From positions 480,001 to 544,000 of the forward strand of contig CAXBMO010000001.1 of assembly GCA_963977015.1 (NCBI GenBank): DNA of 64,000 nt, written 5' to 3'. The position numbers and the translations under genes were made by a program. The notes beneath the pieces are model-generated. The model ran no database searches and was not told the origin of the DNA. It saw only the letters and a list, made by a program, of their open reading frames with translations. Below are positions 31,708-39,666 of this stretch, piece after piece (positions within the stretch are counted from its first letter, which is position 1; the number at the start of each line of letters is the position of its first letter). The stretch is from an uncultured bacterium. GTDB lineage: Bacteria > Verrucomicrobiota > Verrucomicrobiia > Verrucomicrobiales > DEV007.

Positions 31708-32123
31708 GCGCGACGGGAACGGAGGTTGCGATGACGGTGGTTCAGCACCGTGCAGAGGATGAGGGTGGGGACCGCGATGATAAGGCCGGTTTGGGTGGTG
31801 ATGAGCGCTTCGGAAATCCCTCCCGAAATCGCGTCAATCGGAGCCGAGCCGCTACCGGATCGCGCCAGCCCGGAAAAGGTTTTCAGCATTCCCGCGACGG
31901 TCCCCAACAAGCCGATCAGGGGCGCGGCGCCGATGAGAACAAAGCAAAATTCGATGCGGCGTTTGATCCTGGCGTGATCGATTTCGTGGTTCCTTCCGGA
32001 AATGGTGGTGCCGATCGAGACAAGGCAGGCCGCGATCGAAAACGCCAGCACGATCAGGCCCCAAAATATCCAGCCGCCCTCGCGCGAGAGTTTGAAGAAT
32101 TCAGCGATCAGTTCTGCCCACAT
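31704..32123 (-). CDS. exbB: Short ExbB/MotA/TolQ proton channel
   Basis: APLIGLLGTVAGM, GGISEALITTQTGL; overlaps exbD by 4 bp. Confidence 0.85.
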   Translation of the reverse strand: MWAELIAEFFKLSREGGWIFWGLIVLAFSIAACLVSIGTTISGRNHEIDHARIKRRIEFCFVLIGAAPLIGLLGTVAGMLKTFSGLARSGSGSAPIDAISGGISEALITTQTGLIIAVPTLILCTVLNHRHRNLRSRRA

Positions 32124-32142
32124 TGGAGGATTCCCATTTTCG

Positions 32143-33555
32143 TTAAGCGGTTTTTCCGGAGGGTTTCACTCCGTTGAGAAACGCGATGCTGGTTAGCTCC
32201 ATGGTGGAGCGGATGCCGGAAGTTTTCCGGGAAAGCAGGGCATGTATGATCAGGGCCGGGATGGCGACAATCAGCCCAAACTCGGTCGTAACGAGCGCTT
32301 CGGAAATGCCGCTCGCCAGCGGTTTGGCGTCGCCGGTTCCGTAGACGGTGATTTTCTGGAAGGTGTGAATCATCCCCGTCACCGTGCCGAGCAACCCGAG
32401 GAGGGGCGCCGTTGCCGCCGCGATGGCGATGAACGGGAGCCCGCTGTGGAGTTTCGGGAGCAGCTCGCTGTAGCGTTGGAAGAGTTTTTCCTCGAGCGCT
32501 TGACGCGGAAGCTCGGATTCATCAATTCCACAGCGCAATATCTTGGCCGCCGGATGGGCGAGGCGGGCCACGGCTTCCCGCGCTTTCTCGGCTTCCTTCG
32601 CGTTCACCGCATCGATCACTTGCTGCAAGGTCGCTGACCGCAAGTCGCGGATGCGCAGAATCGCAATCCACTTGATCACCGCAGCGATGAGCGCCACCAG
32701 GGCGAGAAAGAGAATGGGATAAATCCAGACGCCGCCTTTCTTCACGTGATCGAGAAGGGATTCCTCCACCTCCTCCAGCGCGATTGCCGTGCCCAGGGTG
32801 GGATCAAAGGTTGGCGCGCCACTTTCTCCGGCAATGAGTTTGGCGATTTCGCGAGGAGCGGCGGTTCCCGGCAGAACTTCCGGGACGAGTTCGCGGGTGG
32901 AATCGACGAGCCCGCCGAGCGATTGGTCGCTCGACAAAAACCAACCAACCGGTCCGGCTTGGACAAAGGTTCCCTCCCTCAGTTGGCCCTCGGGATCGAG
33001 CGCTTTCCCGGGAATGATCTCCGGGCCGCCGGTTTGAGCAAGGCGTGCGATGGAACGCTCCACGAGATCGATTCGCGCCTCCGTGCCCCCTTCCTCCGCC
33101 GGCGCAGCCGACTGTTTGAGCTGCTCGAGCTCCGCCTCGACCCGTGCCAGGGAAGCCGACGCTTCATAGTTTTTCCGAAAATCGAACAGCAGCCCTTCCA
33201 TGTAGGCGCGTTCATCGCGCCAAAGCTTGAGTTGCTCTTCCGCCTTCTCAAATTCATGGGTAACGGCTTCGCGAGTCGAGCGGGCGATGTCGTATTCCCG
33301 TTGCTTTCCGCGAAGTTGCGCCGCGGTGGTTTGCATCCGTTGGGCCAGTTCCGGTTTCTCGGCGGCAACGGTCTCCCGAACCTCGCGCAACTTGCTGAGT
33401 TCGGCTTCCAACTGACCTTGCAGGACGGAAGCGGCCTCGCGCAACTTGGTCGTGGCGGCATCGTCAGGATCGGCTTGGTCCTGAGAAAAAGCGGACGGGA
33501 TGGGGATGGCCAGGCAGATCGCAAGAACGAGACGGGGCATCGGTTGAGAATTCAT
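32143..33555 (-). CDS. Long ExbB-domain protein (TtpC-like)
   Basis: Signal peptide, periplasmic coiled coil, C-terminal APLLGLLGTVTGMI...GISEALVTTEFGL. Confidence 0.85.
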   Translation of the reverse strand: MNSQPMPRLVLAICLAIPIPSAFSQDQADPDDAATTKLREAASVLQGQLEAELSKLREVRETVAAEKPELAQRMQTTAAQLRGKQREYDIARSTREAVTHEFEKAEEQLKLWRDERAYMEGLLFDFRKNYEASASLARVEAELEQLKQSAAPAEEGGTEARIDLVERSIARLAQTGGPEIIPGKALDPEGQLREGTFVQAGPVGWFLSSDQSLGGLVDSTRELVPEVLPGTAAPREIAKLIAGESGAPTFDPTLGTAIALEEVEESLLDHVKKGGVWIYPILFLALVALIAAVIKWIAILRIRDLRSATLQQVIDAVNAKEAEKAREAVARLAHPAAKILRCGIDESELPRQALEEKLFQRYSELLPKLHSGLPFIAIAAATAPLLGLLGTVTGMIHTFQKITVYGTGDAKPLASGISEALVTTEFGLIVAIPALIIHALLSRKTSGIRSTMELTSIAFLNGVKPSGKTA

Positions 33556-33593
33556 TTCGAGAAGAAAATGGGGAAGATCAGGGTTCGCGTTAG

Positions 33594-34442
33594 TTAGGGA
33601 CTGACGGGACGAAACGGCAGCCTCACCATTTCGGCAGGCGCCTCCCTGCGCTGGACGTTGATGGCGGAGCGAATTTTGGAGCCCAGCGAGCGATTTTGTT
33701 CCCACTTCCAGCCTTCGCCTGACGGCCAACCAATCCCGGCAACCTGACCGTTTCGATTCGCAAACCACGCCTGGGAAAGACCGAGATACATCACCTCGAT
33801 CTCCACTTCGCGACCGTCGAATTCACGAATCTCCTTCACCACCGTGATGCGATTTGAAAAGTCCTGCACCGCCGAGAGAATCGCCAAAATGTCGCGGAAA
33901 CGTTCCTGAAGTGGAGCCTGTTCGTCCGCCAATTTCAGACGACCGCTCGCCTGCTCGACCTTGTCCATAACCGGCTGAGGAAGTCTCGGCAGGGCTTGGC
34001 GCAACTGCTCCTCAAGTGCCTCGATCCGCCCCTGAAAATCTGCACGCCACGCTTTGCGCTCCGCCTCCTCCTGATTCAGGGCCTCGCGTTGTTGTTTGAC
34101 GTCCTCGACCCGCTCTTTCGCACTCGCGGTAAAGGTGTCGATCTCGGCGATCTCCTTTTCGCGGATCTCGATCAGGTCCGCGAACAAGGCGCGTTGCTCT
34201 TCCCATTGAGTGGATTCCGCGCTGATCGACCGTTTCGTGGTAAAGATTTTCTCGGAAATGGCTTCCAGCGATTTCGCGGTGACCGGAGGCTCCGTGGATT
34301 CCGCGTCCTGGGCCGACGACCATTGGACCAAGCCCGCCAACAACAGCACGCACCAAGCGGCGAAGTGAACGGGAACGGCCAAGAAACTCGGTAAGCCGGG
34401 GGATTGGTAGATTTTCAGCATGCGATCCATCAGTAATGACAT
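33594..34442 (-). CDS. DUF3450-family periplasmic coiled-coil protein (TtpB-like)
   Basis: Hydrophobic leader, coiled coil, ERFRDIL, YLGLSQAWF, W.W, MVRLP; first gene of the module. Confidence 0.75.
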   Translation of the reverse strand: MSLLMDRMLKIYQSPGLPSFLAVPVHFAAWCVLLLAGLVQWSSAQDAESTEPPVTAKSLEAISEKIFTTKRSISAESTQWEEQRALFADLIEIREKEIAEIDTFTASAKERVEDVKQQREALNQEEAERKAWRADFQGRIEALEEQLRQALPRLPQPVMDKVEQASGRLKLADEQAPLQERFRDILAILSAVQDFSNRITVVKEIREFDGREVEIEVMYLGLSQAWFANRNGQVAGIGWPSGEGWKWEQNRSLGSKIRSAINVQRREAPAEMVRLPFRPVSP

Positions 34443-34457
34443 TGAGACTCATTCTCA
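34443..34457. promoter_or_regulatory. Fur-box-like operator 1 (TGAGACTCATTCTCA)
   Basis: Near-perfect 7-1-7 palindrome abutting the DUF3450 start; 11/14 match to TGATAATnATTATCA. Confidence 0.6.
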
Positions 34458-34629
34458 GTTAAGTCCATCCCATCCTCTCTACCCAGCTCGTTCTGTCAAT
34501 CACTGCTCACACCAAATTTTGAGTCGGACCCGCGAAGGCAATTTAGCGCCAGTGAAGACAATCCGGCGCTATTCTGGGGATGGATTAGCTGTGGGAAGGC
34601 CCATTTTGCAGGGGAAAAACGATTGCGAT

Positions 34630-34673
34630 TGAGACTCAGTATCATTTTTCCTTGCAATTGAGACCCAGTATCA
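34630..34673. promoter_or_regulatory. Fur-box-like operators 2 and 3 (tandem)
   Basis: TGAGACTCAGTATCA (34630-34644) and TGAGACCCAGTATCA (34659-34673), both preceded by AT, upstream of the receptor. Confidence 0.6.
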
Positions 34674-34748
34674 ATAACGGTGCCCGGGCCGGATGCCTCC
34701 TTTGCCAATCAACGGAAGCCTCTGGGTCTGAAACACTGTGAAACGCTC

Positions 34749-36989
34749 ATGAAAAAGTTACTTCAAATTGCCCAACGAGCTGCGCTATCCCTAGCCTTTG
34801 CCCTTCCTTTCGCCGTTCAGGCGCAGGATCAGCTCGATACAACCACGGTCACGGGGGCATCCAGCCCTCCGCCCGTTCGAACTCCACAACCTGCGCCCAC
34901 GCCGCCCCCGGTGGTCGAGCCCACTTTGCCGCCCGAGCCAGCTCCTCCGATCGATATCGTCAATGAGGTCAGCGCTCTCAAGACGGGAACGCCTCTTCTC
35001 GATATTCCGCGCAGTTTGACCGTTTTTTCCGACGAACGGATTGAAGAACAAGGGATCACCAGCCTGGGCGAGATTATCGACTACACTCCTGGTGTGAATA
35101 CCACGCAGGGTGAGGGACACCGCGACGCGATCGTCTTCCGCGGAGTTCGTTCAACCGCTGATTTCTACGTCGATGGAGTGCGCGATGATGTTCAATACTA
35201 CCGCCCGCTCTACAACGTCGAGCGCGTTGAGATCCTGCGCGGTCCCAGCGCTCTCCACTTTGGACGTGGCGGCACCGGCGGGGTTTTGAACCGGGTGATG
35301 AAGAAGCCCGTCATTGGCGAAGAGTTTGGCGCCTACCAAATTTCCGGCGACACGTTTGGAGCGGCACTCGGCGAGTTTGACTACAACCAATCACTCTACC
35401 GGGAAGGGAGTTCGATCGGCGAAGGCGGCAAGGCGATTGTCACCCCGGAACCTTGGGCCGCGTTTCGGGTCAACGCCTTTGCGGAGTATCTCAACAACCA
35501 TCGCGACTTCTTTGAGGGCGAGCGATTTGGCGTGAATCCAACCGTTGCTTTCGACCTCGGTCCCGACACCAGACTCGACATCTCCTACGAGTGGAATGAC
35601 CACGAACGCTTCATCGATCGCGGAATCCCCACCGGCCCGAACGGGCGCCCGGTCTCCGCGCTCAACGGCGTGGTCTTTGGTGATCCAGATCAGAACGTTT
35701 CCTCGCTGGAATCGCACTTGGCGCGCATCGATCTGAACCACCGTTTCTCCGACACCTGGAAAGGTCGCGTGACCGCGTTTTATGGTGACTACGACAAGAG
35801 CTTTCAGAACTTCTATGCTTCCGACTACAATCAGGCCGCGAACGAAGTCACGATTGATGGTTACGTTGACCACACCAAACGTAGCAACCTGGTCTTTTCC
35901 GGAGATTTGATCGGCGAATTCGACACCTTCAATATTGGCCACAAGGTCATTGTGGGTGGTGAATACATTGACACCTCATCCGACCAAAACCGTTTCAACT
36001 CATTCTGGGACACGAGCCAGGCTGACACCGAAGTCTTCACCGCGTCTAACTTCCGCCTGAATGGAGGAAGCGCCATCAATACGGCAGGTCAGCGCGCAAC
36101 CAATAGCTTCAGCACGGATCTGGCTGACGATACACGCGTGGGCGTTGAAACGGTCTCCGCTTACGTTCAGGATGAAATTGCGTTGCACCGCATGCTGGAT
36201 CTCGTTGTCGGCGCCCGCTACGATCGCTTTGATATCGACGTTTTGAATGCCGCGAACGGTGAGCGCAGATCGCGGACGGACGAGGAAATCTCCCCACGCC
36301 TCGGCGTCATCGTCAAGCCCTGGGAGGAAGTCTCCCTCTACAGTAGCTATAGCGAATCGTTCCTCCCGCGCAGTGGCGAGCAATTCGCAAACATCAACGG
36401 CGATAACAACGCCCTTGACCCTAACACCTACTCCAACCTGGAATATGGCATCAAGTGGGACATCAAACCGGATTTGAGCCTCACGCTCGCCTATTTCCAG
36501 GGCGAGGAGAGTTCCCCTCAAGTGTCAGACGGCGATTCCAGCACCCTTGATATCATCGACACCGAGACTTCCGGTTTCGAAGCGCAATTGGTCGGTAAAG
36601 TTACCGATTGGTGGTACATTGCTCCTGGTTACACTTACCTCGACAGTGAGCAAGTCGACAGCGGTGGCCCAACCGGACTTCGAGCCCGCGAATTGCCGGA
36701 GCATTCGGCTTCCATCTGGAACCGGTTCCGAATCAACGATCGCCTCGGCTTCGGTCTCGGTGCCGTTTATCAGGATGAAAGCTTCATCGATAACGGCAAC
36801 ACCGCTGTGCTGCCAAGCTATACGCGTCTCGATGCGGCAATCTACTATCAGTTGTCGGAGAGACTCCTCTTGCAGGTCAATTTCGAGAACCTGACCGACA
36901 AGGAATACTACCCGAATTCGCATAGCAACCATCAGGTCACGGTTGGTCGACCATTCAACGCTGCTATCTCCATCAAGGGAACCTTCTAA
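34749..36989 (+). CDS. TonB-dependent receptor (siderophore-receptor-like)
   Basis: Signal peptide, TonB box DTTTVTG, plug (TPLLDIPRS, YVDGVRD, VERVEILRGPSA), ENLTDKEY, terminal Phe. Confidence 0.92.
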   Translation: MKKLLQIAQRAALSLAFALPFAVQAQDQLDTTTVTGASSPPPVRTPQPAPTPPPVVEPTLPPEPAPPIDIVNEVSALKTGTPLLDIPRSLTVFSDERIEEQGITSLGEIIDYTPGVNTTQGEGHRDAIVFRGVRSTADFYVDGVRDDVQYYRPLYNVERVEILRGPSALHFGRGGTGGVLNRVMKKPVIGEEFGAYQISGDTFGAALGEFDYNQSLYREGSSIGEGGKAIVTPEPWAAFRVNAFAEYLNNHRDFFEGERFGVNPTVAFDLGPDTRLDISYEWNDHERFIDRGIPTGPNGRPVSALNGVVFGDPDQNVSSLESHLARIDLNHRFSDTWKGRVTAFYGDYDKSFQNFYASDYNQAANEVTIDGYVDHTKRSNLVFSGDLIGEFDTFNIGHKVIVGGEYIDTSSDQNRFNSFWDTSQADTEVFTASNFRLNGGSAINTAGQRATNSFSTDLADDTRVGVETVSAYVQDEIALHRMLDLVVGARYDRFDIDVLNAANGERRSRTDEEISPRLGVIVKPWEEVSLYSSYSESFLPRSGEQFANINGDNNALDPNTYSNLEYGIKWDIKPDLSLTLAYFQGEESSPQVSDGDSSTLDIIDTETSGFEAQLVGKVTDWWYIAPGYTYLDSEQVDSGGPTGLRARELPEHSASIWNRFRINDRLGFGLGAVYQDESFIDNGNTAVLPSYTRLDAAIYYQLSERLLLQVNFENLTDKEYYPNSHSNHQVTVGRPFNAAISIKGTF

Positions 36990-37033
36990 ACGATTCTTAC
37001 TCGTTGTTTACGGGATATTTCATCCAATATCCG

Positions 37034-37064
37034 GGGCCTGCTAAATCTTTAGCAGGCCCTTTTT
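37034..37064 (+). terminator. Intrinsic terminator
   Basis: gggcctgctaaa-tc-tttagcaggccc followed by ttttt. Confidence 0.88.
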
Positions 37065-37146
37065 CGTTTCAGCCTGCTTGGAACCCCGGCAATTCAGTCA
37101 CAGATTTCCGCTTTCCTAACCGTGCCACGATGCCTAGTCTCCGACC

Positions 37147-39666
37147 ATGAGTGAGCCTATCACTGTCCGCTCCAAGCCTGGATTGATGCGGCGAATTGCT
37201 GCGAAAATCTTTGGATACGATTATTTCATCGCCTACGCCCATGCCGACGGGAAACCGTATGCGGTGGAACTGGAGAAGGCGTTGGGGGATGACTGGGATT
37301 GTTTTCTGGATGTGTCCGATTTTCTACCGGGCGATGAACTTTCCAGCGAGGACGTTTTTGCCTTGAAGAAGACGCAATGCCTCATCTTCCTGGCAACGCC
37401 GGCGGCCTTTGAATCCAAGTGGGTTCAGTTTGAACTCGATACCTTTCACAAGACGAAACGCCGGGTCATTCCGATCGATTTCGGAGGGCGATTGGCGGCG
37501 GGCAAAGGCAAAGACCTGCGCTTCCCGTTCGAAGACACCATCTGGATTGATGAAGCGGAGGGAGCCTGGGAGAGCGGTCCAAGCGATGCCGTCGTGCAAC
37601 AGGTGCGCAAGTCGTTCACCGGAACCCGGATGATCAAGAAGCGGATCCGGACGCTGCGGTTTACCCTGGCCATGTTTGTGATTCTATCGCTCGTCGCAGC
37701 TTATTTCGCGATTGAGTCCAGCTTTCAGCGCGACAAGTCGGACAAGCATTTGGCTCAGGCGCAATTGGCGCTGGGAACCGCTCGGCTGGAGCAGGGGCGG
37801 CGGGTTGAGGCGGCTTCGCGTTTTTGGAGTGCCTACGATGTCGAATCCGCGCGAAATCCGCTTGGGAAAGCGGTGGGGAAGCGACTTGCGAATTTGAAGA
37901 TCCCGCTGCCGGGAGGAGAGGGGAGTCATCGTTGGCTGGTGATTGGCGAAGAGCCGACGCTGGTTCCGGAAGCTCTCAATCTCCTGGCGAAAGCGAGCAC
38001 CTTCAGCCCTCCGTTGTTGCACGATGGCTTCGTCAGTTCGGTCGCGTTTTCGCCAGACGGAAAGAGGATCGCTTGCGGCAGCGAGGATGGTTCGGTACGC
38101 TTTTGGGACACGGAAAGTGGCCGGTTGGAGGAGCGGATCTTGACCGTTGGTGCGGATGAAAACGCGGTGATGGCGCTCGATTTCGATCGCTCCGGCGAGA
38201 AAATCGCCGTGGCCAAGGGGAATTCGGCCGTCATTGTGGCTTCGGCCTCGTTTGACCAGATCGGGAGCAAGCTCACTCATGCCGAGCCGATTCGATGGGT
38301 TGAATTCAGTCCGACTGGAGAGTTGGCTTTGACGGCCAGCGAAGACACGACCGCGAAACTTTGGGACGTTGCGACTGGCGACTTGCTCCACACCTTTTCG
38401 CACGAACACGAGGTGCATTGTGCCCGTTTTACGCCGGATGGTCAGTTGGCGGCGACCGTTGGGCTGGATCAGAAGTTGAAGCTTTGGGAAGTTCAGTCGG
38501 GCCGAAATCTGGGCAACCGCGAATTGGAGAATCGGCCCCATGGCATTGCGATTTCCCCCGACGGAAAACAGGTGGCCACGGTTGGTGTCGAGATGCCGGC
38601 GCAAGTTTGGGACTTCCAATCCGGGAACCTCCTTTTTGAACTCGATTCCCGGAGCCGGGCGATCCATGCCGTCGAATTCAGTCCCGACGGTCGATTCCTG
38701 GTCACAGGATCATGGGAAGGCCGGGCGCAGGTGTGGGACGCCAAAACCGGCGAAGCGGTGGGAGATGAGGTGAACCACGCCGCACCGATTTTTGCGGTCG
38801 AATTTGATCCGGGCAGCCAACGAATTGGAACCGGAAGTGAAGACGGAAGCGCACGGGTTTGGGAACTGAGCGGGCTCCGTATGGATCCACTTCTCTTGGA
38901 GCATGGACGGATGATCAATTTTGCGGCCTACAGTCCGGATGGCACTCAGGTTGCCGTTGCCGACGCGGGCGGGATGGTTTTCGTCTGGAATTGGGCAAGT
39001 GGCCGAATTCGGGCCGCCTTCGAGCATCCGGTCTCCGTCGAGAGTCTCGGCTGGAGTCGCGATGGGAACTGCCTTCGCACGACGGACAACGACAACAGGA
39101 AACGGGTCTGGAGTCTCGAAACGCGTCTCGAGGTGAACGTGGAACCGGAGGTTGATTGGCTGGCGGCGCCTGCGCGAGCTGGTCGCGACTTTGAGGACGT
39201 TGAGACGATTGAACTCGAAAGCGGTGCCAGGATCGAGCACGATGAAGAAATCGCCTGGTTTGCCTACAGTGATGATGGCGCGCGTATAGTCACCGCGAGT
39301 CGAGATCGAACGGTAGGCATCTGGTCTGCTGTGACCGGCGAGCCATTGGTTGCCCCGCTGGAGCATCCGGCTGAGGTCGTTTGGGCTGGGTTCAGCCCGG
39401 ATGGTCGACATATCGCGACGGGATGTGCGGACGGTTTCTTTCGAGTCTGGCCGGCACCTGCCCTTCCCGGCCAGGCCAACGCGGAGGATCCTGAATGGCT
39501 TCAGCTCTCGGTCGAAGTTCGCACGGGACAGCGATTCGACGACAGGACGGGACAGTTGGTTCCTCTTGACGCTGAATCATGGTGGACTCGTCGGAATCAG
39601 ATTGACGAACAGTATGGAGGGAAGTTTTCGGACCGCTCGCGAAGCGCCGGTCCGGAGCAACCTTAG
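37147..39666 (+). CDS. TIR domain - TM helix - WD40 repeat protein
   Basis: YDYFIAYAHADG...CFLD...SKWVQFEL...RVIPI (TIR); FTLAMFVILSLVAAYFAI (TM); about 11 WD40 repeats. Confidence 0.85.
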   Translation: MSEPITVRSKPGLMRRIAAKIFGYDYFIAYAHADGKPYAVELEKALGDDWDCFLDVSDFLPGDELSSEDVFALKKTQCLIFLATPAAFESKWVQFELDTFHKTKRRVIPIDFGGRLAAGKGKDLRFPFEDTIWIDEAEGAWESGPSDAVVQQVRKSFTGTRMIKKRIRTLRFTLAMFVILSLVAAYFAIESSFQRDKSDKHLAQAQLALGTARLEQGRRVEAASRFWSAYDVESARNPLGKAVGKRLANLKIPLPGGEGSHRWLVIGEEPTLVPEALNLLAKASTFSPPLLHDGFVSSVAFSPDGKRIACGSEDGSVRFWDTESGRLEERILTVGADENAVMALDFDRSGEKIAVAKGNSAVIVASASFDQIGSKLTHAEPIRWVEFSPTGELALTASEDTTAKLWDVATGDLLHTFSHEHEVHCARFTPDGQLAATVGLDQKLKLWEVQSGRNLGNRELENRPHGIAISPDGKQVATVGVEMPAQVWDFQSGNLLFELDSRSRAIHAVEFSPDGRFLVTGSWEGRAQVWDAKTGEAVGDEVNHAAPIFAVEFDPGSQRIGTGSEDGSARVWELSGLRMDPLLLEHGRMINFAAYSPDGTQVAVADAGGMVFVWNWASGRIRAAFEHPVSVESLGWSRDGNCLRTTDNDNRKRVWSLETRLEVNVEPEVDWLAAPARAGRDFEDVETIELESGARIEHDEEIAWFAYSDDGARIVTASRDRTVGIWSAVTGEPLVAPLEHPAEVVWAGFSPDGRHIATGCADGFFRVWPAPALPGQANAEDPEWLQLSVEVRTGQRFDDRTGQLVPLDAESWWTRRNQIDEQYGGKFSDRSRSAGPEQP

